Source: a virus. From it: DNA of 64,000 bases. How positions within the stretch are numbered: position 1 is the stretch's first letter; every line of letters starts with the position of its first letter. Under the pieces are notes generated by a model. The model was not told the origin of the DNA. It saw nothing but the letters and a program-made list of their open reading frames with translations, and ran no database searches. The translations under genes were made by a program, and so were the position numbers. The DNA is taken from positions 18,433-82,432 of the IMG/VR virus record IMGVR_UViG_3300012359_000028. One strand, written 5' to 3'. Of the stretch, positions 49,486 to 59,381 are shown one piece after another.

Positions 49486-50223
49486 TTAGCCCCAAAGTTG
49501 CCGGATATTTAGGTCTCGCCGGATTGATACATCAAACGGCGCTTCTTTCGCAATTGCGTCTACGTCAATCTCTTTCACAGCCTTCCACCAAATGTGACCC
49601 GGCTGATCATTCCAATGAAACTTCCTATCCTTCGCCTGTTGATTGTTGTCGCGATCCTGTAAACTTTGGAGGATCACAATAGGCGACTTGGCGCGTTCAA
49701 CAATCTTGTCGAATACTGGCAAACGATTCTCGATCAATTTCAGCGTCGTTTGGCAATCCGCCAAAGCACAATGCGGTGAGAGATTTAAGAAACCATCGTC
49801 AGCCGCCATATGTTGGAGTTGGCGACCCTGGACACCAGGCAGGTCCCACATTGTATCGATCAGCACCATAGGCGGAAGGATTGCATTATAGCGATTCGTC
49901 CAGTTACGCAACATCTCCCAGTCAAACTGATTGATGTTATGACCAGCAACCGCATCTACTTTCTTCAACCAGTCGAGAATTCCCAATAACGAATCTTGTT
50001 CGTCATAGCCAAACTTTTTTAGCATCGCCAACATCACTGCCGGATTGACGTGCATCTTCTCGGCCGCCTGAGCACAAATTGGACGATCTGTTGCGACAAG
50101 ATAACCAGTCGATTCAAGCACCCGCTGTTGACTTGTACTATAGATAATTTGACCTGCTTCCCAAACACGATCCTGAAGTGGATCAGTACCGGTTGTCTCA
50201 AAATCGAGAATGCCAAGAATCAT
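49486..50223 (-). CDS. DEDDh 3'-5' exonuclease (DnaQ-like)
   Basis: LDFETTG, GHNINQFD, IDT, HCALAD. Confidence 0.88.
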   Translation of the reverse strand: MILGILDFETTGTDPLQDRVWEAGQIIYSTSQQRVLESTGYLVATDRPICAQAAEKMHVNPAVMLAMLKKFGYDEQDSLLGILDWLKKVDAVAGHNINQFDWEMLRNWTNRYNAILPPMVLIDTMWDLPGVQGRQLQHMAADDGFLNLSPHCALADCQTTLKLIENRLPVFDKIVERAKSPIVILQSLQDRDNNQQAKDRKFHWNDQPGHIWWKAVKEIDVDAIAKEAPFDVSIRRDLNIRQLWG

Positions 50224-50442
50224 CAGTTCACCTAGTCTTTAGAATTTCTAAAAATTCTGGATTATTTCCTTTGTACGGCGCATCCGGGTCCTCGATGTAC
50301 CACTTATCAAGAATTTTGGATATGGCCGGGCCATTCGGCCCATTTGGACCTTCTTTATGCTCGGTGTGCAGAACTTCGCTGATCGTGAGATTGCTCAGCA
50401 AGTCATACATATCGTATGGGTGAATTGGAATTGGTGTATTCA

Positions 50443-50838
50443 TTAGTTCACCGTATCACCATTGATAATCGTCGTGCCCGGCTCTTCCGTTTCAAACATC
50501 GCCAGATCAGGAGGAAGCGTTGGCGGAGGCACTACAAGTGGTTTAACGATGCAATCAATATATGCGATCATGTGCTTCGGAACGCCCATGCGCTGATCGA
50601 ATCGAATCTTTGTGCCGTCCTGCATCTTACCCGGATTCTTCGGAACGACCATCCCATGTTCCATCAGTTGAAACGTGAGGACATTAACAAATTGTTTGAG
50701 ACCGACCTTCTCACCCTGTGTTTGGGGCTCATAATCTTCCTTCTCAAATTCCGAAATCACATCATAGTAGACTTCCCGAGGCATCACTACGCCGGGCTGC
50801 TGAATGACATGACCGACGAAACGAATGAAGTATCGCAT
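50443..50838 (-). CDS. Hypothetical protein
   Basis: AAGGAG RBS. Confidence 0.5.
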   Translation of the reverse strand: MRYFIRFVGHVIQQPGVVMPREVYYDVISEFEKEDYEPQTQGEKVGLKQFVNVLTFQLMEHGMVVPKNPGKMQDGTKIRFDQRMGVPKHMIAYIDCIVKPLVVPPPTLPPDLAMFETEEPGTTIINGDTVN

Positions 50839-50847
50839 GTGTCTCCT

Positions 50848-51204
50848 TTACTTAATTTCTGGAAGCGATTCTGGTTGCGTCTGTCCTTCGTAATGCCGTG
50901 GTGCAAAGCCTTCGCGTTGTAGCATATCAATTGCTGAGACTAGCAGACCAGCGGCCTTGCGAAGATAAGTTTCCTGCTCTTGGAGTGTCGTGTCCATCCT
51001 TGTTGCATCAGCAGCAAATGACATGGAATATATCACCCAATCATTCAGGGTGTTCTTACGATCAAAATCTTCTCCCCATGTTAGTTTGGCACGTTCGACT
51101 TCCAACGCAATTTCCTCCAAAATCAAATCTATTCGATTCGTTCGTTCAACTCCGCGAGAAGCTGCTTCTCTAATTTCAGCATAATTCGAATTTAGTATGC
51201 TCAT
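50848..51204 (-). CDS. Hypothetical protein, possibly MazG-like helical fold
   Basis: EVERAK..WG...LRKAAGLLVSAI; GGAGG RBS. Confidence 0.35.
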   Translation of the reverse strand: MSILNSNYAEIREAASRGVERTNRIDLILEEIALEVERAKLTWGEDFDRKNTLNDWVIYSMSFAADATRMDTTLQEQETYLRKAAGLLVSAIDMLQREGFAPRHYEGQTQPESLPEIK

Positions 51205-51366
51205 ATCTTTCCTCCATTTGTAGTACTGCTGTTTGCAAGCCAGATCAAAATCGGCTGAGGCTTCAGTCCTAGACCACTTCATAAGCATTCCTTAAGACAA
51301 CGTTGAATCAGATTCCAGACATTCAGTGCTCGATATTTATTTTGTAGATTCGCATTAATTCCCTCC

Positions 51367-51756
51367 CTACTTAGGGCTGATCTGAATCGGAGCCCCGGCA
51401 CGAAGAGCCGCATCTGCTGCTGCCGCACGGGTTTTTTCTTCGAGAGCCGCACGAATCTGCGATGTAGCATTTCCAGCAGGCTCAAAGATTTTCTTTTCTT
51501 CTGGAGGAATGAACATTCCAACAGAGGCTGCGTCTACCAGACAAGGATCAGAGCAGAAGAGGAATTGCTTTCCGGCTGCTTGAACAACTCGGGGACTCTG
51601 CAACCAGGGCGTATCCTTGAGTTTTTTATCGAGAATCGCCTTGATGCCAGGCTGTTGCTCCTGGTCACTGCTATTTACTTCAAGCAATTCAGCCGTCTTA
51701 GTACACTTCGGACCATCACAACTGATCGTGCGGAATACTGAATCTGTCATCGGCAT
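51367..51756 (-). CDS. Zn-binding hypothetical protein
   Basis: CDGPKC...FCSDPC. Confidence 0.5.
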   Translation of the reverse strand: MPMTDSVFRTISCDGPKCTKTAELLEVNSSDQEQQPGIKAILDKKLKDTPWLQSPRVVQAAGKQFLFCSDPCLVDAASVGMFIPPEEKKIFEPAGNATSQIRAALEEKTRAAAADAALRAGAPIQISPK

Positions 51757-51757
51757 G

Positions 51758-52108
51758 TTAGTATACGTCTCCATTTTGTTTGATTTTTTCGTCTTCGTAC
51801 GGCGCGGCTATCGCGTCGTAAAATTCGTTTGTGATATCGCTAAACAAAGCCGGGTCTTTACCACAACGACGCTTAACTTCGCGACGAGCGCACTCCAGTG
51901 CACCCACTACATCGTTTATAGCTCCATAGTTCAAGCCACGATGAGCAATATACTTCTCAATTTCTCGTCGAATCTCACTCAAGGCTTCTGACAGCCCAAT
52001 AGATATATTCAGAAAATGTTTGGTAATCGCATAGTTCAATTCGCCAGCCGTTTGAATTACTCCGCCTTCGTCGATAATTTTGCGAGCCATTTGAGTTATA
52101 TACGGCAT
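51758..52108 (-). CDS. Conserved phage protein (DUF6899-like)
   Basis: MPYI...GELNY...GALECA..E..RR...PYEDEK...NGDV. Confidence 0.65.
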   Translation of the reverse strand: MPYITQMARKIIDEGGVIQTAGELNYAITKHFLNISIGLSEALSEIRREIEKYIAHRGLNYGAINDVVGALECARREVKRRCGKDPALFSDITNEFYDAIAAPYEDEKIKQNGDVY

Positions 52109-52542
52109 AACTTTCCATCCGCTACTGCCGATATTCGTCGAAGCAGACGCCTTAAAGACATAACATTCTTTACATGCCGAACTTCCGGTAGGCAATCAAA
52201 AAGATTCTGCTTCCCACCAACAACAATAACCGGAATGTGAGCCTGGAGCGCCATTCCCATTTCCACCATTCGAGAGCCAGTCGCTAGTTTGGAGGGGACC
52301 ATTTTAGCAGTCAAGTCATCGGTAAACCGAACTAAAACATCCGCCGCTATAGCATCATCTCGGTCCTCAATTGCCAAGCGTGTATTTTCGCGGTCTGTTC
52401 TCTGCCAAAATGTTTGATCAGTCGGATCGATCTTAATCCAGCGCGCATTTACTATCAGGCCGGGAATAGCTTGTTCCAGTTCAATTGCGAGCCTTTTCAT
52501 TTCTTCCCGGCGAGACCATGCGGCTGCAATGTAAATGTTCAA
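52096..52542 (-). CDS. Nucleoside 2-deoxyribosyltransferase-like protein
   Basis: IYIAA...D..D...ADVLV...G..VEMGMAL...IPVIVVG. Confidence 0.7.
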   Translation of the reverse strand: MNIYIAAAWSRREEMKRLAIELEQAIPGLIVNARWIKIDPTDQTFWQRTDRENTRLAIEDRDDAIAADVLVRFTDDLTAKMVPSKLATGSRMVEMGMALQAHIPVIVVGGKQNLFDCLPEVRHVKNVMSLRRLLRRISAVADGKLCRI

Positions 52543-52544
52543 GG

Positions 52545-53033
52545 CTATACCTTCTTTCCATTTAAGTTACTTAGTGTCTCATGAAACTTCCCATTCTTCG
52601 GCCTGTCATCAACCAGATTTCCCATCGATTGAGCATCCAAAAGAATCCCGACACACGCTCGTAAATGCCCCAAATGGTGAACGCCACTGTCCGCTGCCTC
52701 TTCTTCACCTTCAAACCATGCGAACAGATGACGCAATGCCGCATCAACATAAATTGACGCAAGGACGCTATGTTCCCGCCAGTTATATCGCCCGTACCGT
52801 GATGCTCCATTCATCATGGCTTTTGCTTCATGCAGCAAAGCCACGGCAGGAATGGAAGTCAATGAAACCTTTGCTTGCCCAATTCGATCTTTTGGGTTAT
52901 TGCTTTCAGGGACTTGAGTTTTTATCTCCGCTGCTAACTTCCGCAGGTCAGCACTATCAGCATCATCAGGAACTGCCCGGAGTTTCGCAATTAGATCAGA
53001 CCAAGGATTAGGAGTTACAATCGACGTGCTCAC
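52545..53033 (-). CDS. dATP/dGTP diphosphohydrolase (DUF5664-like)
   Basis: NPKD.IG..K, GA.RYG.YNWR, DAALRH, DSGVHHLGH. Confidence 0.85.
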   Translation of the reverse strand: MSTSIVTPNPWSDLIAKLRAVPDDADSADLRKLAAEIKTQVPESNNPKDRIGQAKVSLTSIPAVALLHEAKAMMNGASRYGRYNWREHSVLASIYVDAALRHLFAWFEGEEEAADSGVHHLGHLRACVGILLDAQSMGNLVDDRPKNGKFHETLSNLNGKKV

Positions 53034-53903
53034 CTATAGCCTCCGTCCGCGAGCGTGAACGTTTGCATCGATTCTTCCATCAGGTTGCAGGATGGCAACT
53101 GACAGGCCGCGAAGACCCGGAGCCAAGCGAGTGTGAGCCGCGTACCCGCCAAAATACTTCAGATAACTCGGGCTAATAATGACCAGAGTATCCCGCTCGA
53201 ACAGCAGGCCCGTTTTCTGATCATAATCAGTTGTGTAGACTTGATCGACAATCGGTTGATGTAAATGGCCGGTCCAAATCATGTCAGCACGAGTCCAGGC
53301 CAGTTCTTTGCGAGCGGAATTGCGTTGCGCTCCTGCCGTCGTTGCTCCACCAGCACCGTGATGCGCCAAGATACGGAAGTTATTACCACGCCACTTAAGC
53401 GTGCAAAAAACATAATCCCCGAAATAAGGAACCTTCAAATTCTCAGCCAGGCGCTTCGCGCTTACCATGCCAGATTGCTTAAAGGTGCGGTCCTCGTGAT
53501 TACCGGGAATCGAGAACAGCATTTTGTGCTGTACTATGCCGAACTTTTTTGTCGCTTCTAACAGTTGTTCTTCGGGGGTCATTCGATCCTGCCCCATGTG
53601 TCCTTCATGCGGCGTCTTGTTTTCAAACGCATCACCGCCGTTCCACGTAAAAACATTCGGAGTATCCGCGATCCAGTGAAGATGCTTCTCGAAAAGAACC
53701 GGGTCGTGCTCGTTGCTGCCGACGTGAACATCGTATAGCGGAGCCAATTGAATTGTTTCAAAGTTGTCAGGCACCGTCACAAACAACTGTGGAAATTCGC
53801 CTTTCGGACGCCTATAACTAAATGCTCGCGGACGAAATGCCGTTTGAATCTCTTCCAACTCCGAAGAAAATTGCTCGGAGGCTTCTTCCTTATTCAACGC
53901 CAT
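53034..53903 (-). CDS. Calcineurin-like metallophosphoesterase
   Basis: DVHVG, GGD, GNHE, HHG, GHLH. Confidence 0.85.
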   Translation of the reverse strand: MALNKEEASEQFSSELEEIQTAFRPRAFSYRRPKGEFPQLFVTVPDNFETIQLAPLYDVHVGSNEHDPVLFEKHLHWIADTPNVFTWNGGDAFENKTPHEGHMGQDRMTPEEQLLEATKKFGIVQHKMLFSIPGNHEDRTFKQSGMVSAKRLAENLKVPYFGDYVFCTLKWRGNNFRILAHHGAGGATTAGAQRNSARKELAWTRADMIWTGHLHQPIVDQVYTTDYDQKTGLLFERDTLVIISPSYLKYFGGYAAHTRLAPGLRGLSVAILQPDGRIDANVHARGRRL

Positions 53904-54346
53904 TAGAATGCTCCTAAGATATTCATCCCTGTGTTTCGGACAAATAATTGTAAGCCGGTTAGTGATTGCGCCGTAACTCCTGATCTTCGTAAACGTAAAG
54001 CCCCATCATAGTGTTTTTTATTCAGGCCGCGTTGATAAGAATCTTTACGAGAGCCGTCTGCTCGGTGAACCTGACACGAACTGCATCGCCGCCTTCCATT
54101 GTGGACATAAAGAGAACGATTACATGAGCGGCCCGGGTGAATAAGGCATCGAATATCTTCAACATCCCAACGTTGCGCTCTGTTCCTTTTAGCCCTCGGG
54201 GACCCTTTCCAAATGTTTGTACATCGTGAACATTGGCTGCTGTTCCCTAATTTTTGCTTATGCGGCTTCACGAAATGCTGAGGGTGATGCGGACATCTCA
54301 GCCGCTTAACGCGCTTGTCATCGATAATGATGTACTCGATTTTCAC
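53903..54346 (-). CDS. Cys-rich basic hypothetical protein
   Basis: CPHH, CSRC, CLIH, CSSC. Confidence 0.5.
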   Translation of the reverse strand: MKIEYIIIDDKRVKRLRCPHHPQHFVKPHKQKLGNSSQCSRCTNIWKGSPRAKRNRAQRWDVEDIRCLIHPGRSCNRSLYVHNGRRRCSSCQVHRADGSRKDSYQRGLNKKHYDGALRLRRSGVTAQSLTGLQLFVRNTGMNILGAF

Positions 54347-55035
54347 AATTTTACGTGAAACACTTTCTCAACAATTACGGTCCCGACCGTTCCCGCAATC
54401 AGGCCCCACTTGAATCCCTTCAGCCACTGACCGTGCATCTCAGCTTTGAGAAGATTCGTGTCCTTCTCATGGGACTTTTTTTCATCCGCGAGCGCGAGAT
54501 TTGCTGACACTATTGCATCCGTTTGCTTCATGAGTACAGACTCATCATTCTTTAATTCAGTTTGCAAACCCTGTACATCCGCAGTGAGTTTATTCTTGTC
54601 GTCCACAACATCGGCAACCGTATGGGCGGCTGGCAAACTGAATGTAAGATTGCCTTGAGTGGGAGACCACGCTACATCTTGAGGCATGACAGCAAGAAGA
54701 GCCTGCAATCGCGTAGCAAGTTGTTGCCCAGCTAGGGCATCATCTGCTTGTTTTTGCTTTTGCGTATCGATACCGCGTTGAATTTCAGCGGCTTTGAGGC
54801 TGGCATTAGCCGTATCAATCTGCTTTTTCAGATCGGCCAACTGTTCCTGAACTTGAGCGCTTTGAAGACTGCTAATCTGGGCGGCTTCGTGAGCCTGATC
54901 TGCCAGACGTTTATCGTGGTCTACCCATGCTTGACGCGCCGAGTCGTAGACATGGAGACCGAAAAGAACTAAGGCTACAATGATGATTAACTTCTCGTGG
55001 GTTTTTATCCAGGTAAGATAGCCTTCAAATGTCAT
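54343..55035 (-). CDS. Membrane-anchored coiled-coil protein (spanin-like)
   Basis: N-terminal TM LIIIVALVLFGL, long coiled coil, hydrophobic C-terminal segment. Confidence 0.45.
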   Translation of the reverse strand: MTFEGYLTWIKTHEKLIIIVALVLFGLHVYDSARQAWVDHDKRLADQAHEAAQISSLQSAQVQEQLADLKKQIDTANASLKAAEIQRGIDTQKQKQADDALAGQQLATRLQALLAVMPQDVAWSPTQGNLTFSLPAAHTVADVVDDKNKLTADVQGLQTELKNDESVLMKQTDAIVSANLALADEKKSHEKDTNLLKAEMHGQWLKGFKWGLIAGTVGTVIVEKVFHVKL

Positions 55036-55113
55036 GCTGCCTTCCTCATGACGGCCCAATTAACCATCCATTTTATTTCGCGTTTGGCGGCAATAGAGTG
55101 CTTTTTGCACAAT

Positions 55114-55587
55114 TTAAGCTCGCCTTCTAACGGTACACAATCTGGACATTCGGTGATAGGCGGGGCGTCGTTTTTGGGGCTCAAGGGGTCCCTCCCTGCT
55201 AATAGAAGCCGCAGTAGTGTCACGGATTTTCTTCATCCATTTGTGATGGGCGTCTGTGCCCAGGCGGCCAGGATAGGTATAAATTTCTCGGCCGAGTGCC
55301 AGAATTGCCGGAAAATGCTCAAGGAAGTCGGCTGCCGCCCGGAGGAGTGCAATCGTGTTCTCACGCCAGAATCGTGGGTCCTCTATCTTCCCGAGGATGC
55401 GATTACAGCGTGCGCAGAGTAAACCTCGAATTATGCCGGTGAGATGACTGTGATCGGTACTGAGGTGATTGCCCGACTTATTCGGGCGCTTGCAGATCGC
55501 GCAGACATGATTCTGGTATGCATCAATAATATCCCACTCAGTTACGGTGAGATTGTAAAGTCTCAGATGACGTTCACGAGCGTTCAT
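55114..55587 (-). CDS. Endonuclease VII-like protein
   Basis: CAIC...DHSH.TG.IRGLLC..CN..LG. Confidence 0.85.
   Translation of the reverse strand: MNARERHLRLYNLTVTEWDIIDAYQNHVCAICKRPNKSGNHLSTDHSHLTGIIRGLLCARCNRILGKIEDPRFWRENTIALLRAAADFLEHFPAILALGREIYTYPGRLGTDAHHKWMKKIRDTTAASISREGPLEPQKRRPAYHRMSRLCTVRRRA
55203..55230 (-). promoter_or_regulatory. 28-bp conserved motif, copy 2
   Basis: AAAATCCGTGACACTACTGCGGCTTCTA (27/28 to copy 1), followed by a GGGAGG RBS and TTG. Confidence 0.7.
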
Positions 55588-56294
55588 ACAAATTTTGCGC
55601 GGCCCTTTGCTTTGATCCACGGTGCCGGAAGCAGCCACCCCCAGGCGGTCTTACTGCAATAATCCTTTTCATATTTCCCCCTATCGAATTTTTGAGAGGG
55701 ACATACTATCACGAATGCCCCTCTCGTGGTGAGGTTTTAGTCAATTCCGTCTTTTGCGCTCAGGTGGCCTCCTCAGAAGATTTAACTCCATGCGAAAATA
55801 AAATATCGCAACGATCAATTCTTGTCAAGCCTTCCTTTTCGTAGGTGTATTCTTTTTGTTTACCCTTTCGGCAATTTTCTTCAATGCTGCTACATAGCGT
55901 TTGGCCTGCTCTTCGGTCGCAAACTGCGCAATGTAATTTTTCATTTGGGCGCGCCACGGTCGCAGTGGTTCGCCGCAGTTCCAGATTTCATTTGGCTGGT
56001 GTGTCATTACTTTTCTCTTTCTTCGGACACTGATTCCACGAACACAGGCAATGCGTGGTCTTGCACTTTCGGCAATAAATTTTTCGAGTGTAGCAAGCAC
56101 AGCAGTAGTAGGGCATTACTTTTCACCTTGGAGTTGAGTTGGTTGCGGGTACGGCTTACGCGCACACGTCTCACATGAATCGAAGAACGGGCCGCGTGGC
56201 TTGGCATTCTCGGCTCGCAGATATCCGGCATGTGTTCCGCCGCAGAAGTGGCAGATGTCGTCCGCGTAACCGACGTGCTCTATGTCTTTCTCTT

Positions 56295-56669
56295 TCATGC
56301 CGCAAATCCTTTTCGATAAGACAGTGCCTCGGCAATCATGAGAGGGGCAAGTCGAGACCACCAGCCGCTCAAGTAATTGCTAGGGTCACTACCATAACGA
56401 GCCAGCACCGTCTTGTCGCCGTTTTGCGGACAGAAGTACAAATCGTACTCCGCAAACTGTCCGAGATACTTGCAGCCTACACAACCAGTGTGCTCATATC
56501 GAGCCGGAAGTTCTCGGTATAAATTCTTCTCAGCAGACGTGGCGACTCGTTCACTCCGAATTATATCTACTTCTGGGCCGTCATCGGCCGGGTCTGTCTG
56601 TGGCAGAGCCACGCTAACGGATTTTGCTTTGGGCTTTTGCATTGGGGTCTCCCTTGTGAATACGTCCAT
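56295..56669 (-). CDS. Hypothetical protein
   Basis: CVGC...DLYFC...ARYG....YLSG; true start is probably downstream (MQKPK). Confidence 0.45.
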   Translation of the reverse strand: MDVFTRETPMQKPKAKSVSVALPQTDPADDGPEVDIIRSERVATSAEKNLYRELPARYEHTGCVGCKYLGQFAEYDLYFCPQNGDKTVLARYGSDPSNYLSGWWSRLAPLMIAEALSYRKGFAA

Positions 56670-56919
56670 AGTAAACCATCAGAGAAAGATATGTCAGATT
56701 GGCAACCAACCGAAACATTTCTGCTGTTCGAGAAAAATCCTGGTGCAGCGAATTGAAGTAGAATACCCTCCAGGCACTTAGAACCAGGAAGAAAATGATT
56801 TGCATGACATGGCCTCCGGCGTAACCTTTGTCTTTCCATATCGCATGCACGCCGACCCAGACAGCAATAGAGCCGCCGAGTTCGAAGAAACTATTGATAA
56901 TATCGTGCCACTCCATCAT
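56614..56919 (-). CDS. Small multi-pass membrane protein (PQ-loop/SemiSWEET-like)
   Basis: About three hydrophobic helices; DIINSFFE...KDK.YAG...W..FYF. Confidence 0.45.
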   Translation of the reverse strand: MMEWHDIINSFFELGGSIAVWVGVHAIWKDKGYAGGHVMQIIFFLVLSAWRVFYFNSLHQDFSRTAEMFRLVANLTYLSLMVYYGRIHKGDPNAKAQSKIR

Positions 56920-57352
56920 ACCGCAGCCTCCGGGTCGGATTGGGGGTTCGCTATTTTCTGTTGGTAAGTCACTGGAACCGGGTACTCGGAATCCTCCCAC
57001 GTCCATAGGATAGTCGTATGCTTCGGCGCAAGATGCATCAAATACGCTCGGGCCTGACTTCCCGACATCACTGGAATGTTTTTGGTTTTGCGTCGATATA
57101 GTTGATAGCTCGGTTCCCAAGCCGGAAACAGAGCCGAAAGAATCCAAGATATCATAGCTCCTCCTATTTTTGTTTTCGAAAGAAGTCCAAGGATCAGAAG
57201 TTCAGTCATTTTATTCCACCGGCCTTCCAGCCGCCTCTTTTTCGTCCATCTCAAGAACACATTTCTCAACATTATGCCATGAATACCAATAGGGCTCTTG
57301 GTCTCCCAATGCATTTGATTCTCCCTTCGGTGTCGATATGCAAGGCCATCAT

Positions 57353-57670
57353 TTATTTCTCCTCCTGCTCGATCAAACGATAGTGTGCAGCCACGATCCC
57401 TAACGGGCCGGAATCTCGAATGATTACCTCTGTGTACCCGTTACCGGCTGGAGAGTAGGCTTCGATAATTTGTCCGGGATTAAAATCCAGACGCGATATC
57501 TTCCCCTCTAGTGTTTCCATGTCATAGCCATAGCCATGGGAACGTTGTGCCCTAATTACCCGAGACTGGGGAGCAGCCATCGGCACATAGCACCCGATCA
57601 GTTCCAGCCTACGGCCAATGTAGAACAAGGTTTTCAATTCCCTGCGAGAGATTACTTGTGTCGTTCCCAT
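57353..57670 (-). CDS. Hypothetical protein
   Basis: GGAGG RBS. Confidence 0.5.
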   Translation of the reverse strand: MGTTQVISRRELKTLFYIGRRLELIGCYVPMAAPQSRVIRAQRSHGYGYDMETLEGKISRLDFNPGQIIEAYSPAGNGYTEVIIRDSGPLGIVAAHYRLIEQEEK

Positions 57671-57857
57671 TATTTTCCTCCCACGAAATTGAATGCTCCG
57701 CGCTTGAAGCGGAGACCGTAATAATTCACGCCCGGAATGTATTCGATTTGATTCTCAGTGATTTCGGTTGCTTTTCAATTTCATTGTTTATCATGTAAGG
57801 ATGATACAGGGTTCCCGAGGAGCCGTCAATGGTACTTGCTGGTACTTTTGATTGGTA

Positions 57858-58379
57858 CTATCTAGCTAGGGTCAGAACATCGGCGGCATATTGCTCAGCC
57901 TTCGGGCCTATGCCGTTGTAATGGGCGACACCTTGGCGGGGACCCCAAGTCTTGAGAGACTTTGCCAAAATCTGAGCGCCAACTTCCATATTCTCTCGGG
58001 CGTTGAAGAGATTGATCCGCGAGAAATCATATTCGTCTTTGTGGGCGAGCACATTGACTTGAGCAATACCTACAGCGATGCCATTGTTTGCCAGCGGATT
58101 GCATGAGGACTCAATGCCGACAATAGCAGCCATAACATTCGCTGGAACCTGATTTTTCAGAGCGACGGTTGCAGTCAGTTCGGCTAGTGCTTTATCTCCA
58201 CAGCCTTTCTTACCGTACGTTCTTGCGGCGTCGAAGAATGCTTGCTGGAAGGCGAGGTTAGTGTAGTCGGCTGATTGGGAAAGGACTGGCGCAGGCGTGC
58301 CAGGGCGGGATTGCGCTGGTATAAACCAGGGGAGTGAAATCCCCATCAGTAATAACTGTGCATAATGTTGGGCTTGCAT
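57858..58379 (-). CDS. Lytic transglycosylase (SLT domain)
   Basis: IESSCNP, GIAQV, N...GA..L, HYNG; hydrophobic N-terminus. Confidence 0.85.
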   Translation of the reverse strand: MQAQHYAQLLLMGISLPWFIPAQSRPGTPAPVLSQSADYTNLAFQQAFFDAARTYGKKGCGDKALAELTATVALKNQVPANVMAAIVGIESSCNPLANNGIAVGIAQVNVLAHKDEYDFSRINLFNARENMEVGAQILAKSLKTWGPRQGVAHYNGIGPKAEQYAADVLTLAR

Positions 58380-58618
58380 GGTTCCTCCATTATTTTGTAG
58401 TATTGTGTGGCAAAGCCAGAAGGTCTCGCGTCGCTTCGGTGGTGTGGCGGACATAATTGATCATTTCCCTGTTTAAGATCATCCATTTCAGGCACACGTT
58501 GAATTGCGCCGCAGGACATGATCGAAATTGGTGTAAACTGCGCCTCATTCGGATCACAATCGGGACAGCCACAGCGCCAGAATTCGTGACAGACCGGACA
58601 TAGGTGTTTATGTAGCAT
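58346..58618 (-). CDS. Cys-rich hypothetical protein (leaderless)
   Basis: CPVC...C.CPDC; ATG lies 6 nt after a -10 box. Confidence 0.45.
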   Translation of the reverse strand: MLHKHLCPVCHEFWRCGCPDCDPNEAQFTPISIMSCGAIQRVPEMDDLKQGNDQLCPPHHRSDARPSGFATQYYKIMEEPCKPNIMHSYY

Positions 58619-58624
58619 GGGAAT

Positions 58625-58653
58625 ATCCTACCTGAGCCCTAGAAGCGTGTCAA
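58625..58653 (-). promoter_or_regulatory. Sigma70 promoter (leaderless)
   Basis: TTGACA-17 nt-TAGGAT-6 nt-ATG. Confidence 0.7.
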
Positions 58654-58874
58654 GCAAAATCGACCGAGAATCAGGCAGTGTATATGATTTTTCATAGATT
58701 ACCAGACTGTCAGTGAACACAACACCAATAGACTCTAGGATAGGCAATACCGCGATTTGCAGCCGATCTCCGCAATAGTCCTGAGCGGGCGGTCTAAATG
58801 TATCTGGGAATTAAACGGGCGGCGGGCGTATCCGAGCGCGAGTGCGAGCGGCCGAGGATGGGCGTGCCAAAAGG

Positions 58875-59381
58875 CTAATAGGTAGCGTGATTCTGATCAA
58901 GAAATTGACGTATAGGATACTTATCAGGATAATCGGCCAAGTGAATTACTCCCATTTCTATACCATCTAACACAATCGAAGTTGGATTACCCGCGAAGGC
59001 TCGGATTTTATTGAATGTTTTTGCTGCATCATATTGATCAATAAAGTGCTGTTCTGTTGCCCGCAGCATTTGCTTCGTCCGCTGTGGTCCTGTAACCTGG
59101 GCTAGGATTGAGACGATCACGGTTTGATGGTGCCTCTTTAGTTCCTCCAGAATTGAATGGCGAGGACGAACCTTACCATAATGGCGCAATTGCCATAGCT
59201 GTTGCTTTCTTTCGTGTCGAACATCAAAAGTGTAGTGATAGTGTTCGGCAATTCGTTCGAATGCAGCACAATCACAACTACCGATGTAAAGGCGATTGCA
59301 TATTGTGCATTCAAGAGAATACACTTCCCAAATTCGATTTGGGTTATGCTCCCGATAGCTGCCATGCATCGTCCCCATCAT
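58875..59381 (-). CDS. GIY-YIG endonuclease
   Basis: EVY...LYIGS...R..EH...E..FI...FN; AGGAG RBS and an upstream TTGACA-18-TAAAAT promoter. Confidence 0.7.
   Translation of the reverse strand: MMGTMHGSYREHNPNRIWEVYSLECTICNRLYIGSCDCAAFERIAEHYHYTFDVRHERKQQLWQLRHYGKVRPRHSILEELKRHHQTVIVSILAQVTGPQRTKQMLRATEQHFIDQYDAAKTFNKIRAFAGNPTSIVLDGIEMGVIHLADYPDKYPIRQFLDQNHATY

Noticed and set aside
52545-53033. 2-aminoadenine (Z) genome
   Set aside because: No purZ in the window; the diphosphohydrolase alone is not sufficient evidence.
57670-57794. Programmed frameshift joining a short leaderless ORF to a downstream frame
   Set aside because: No clear slippery heptamer or stimulatory structure; decay or sequencing error is equally likely.
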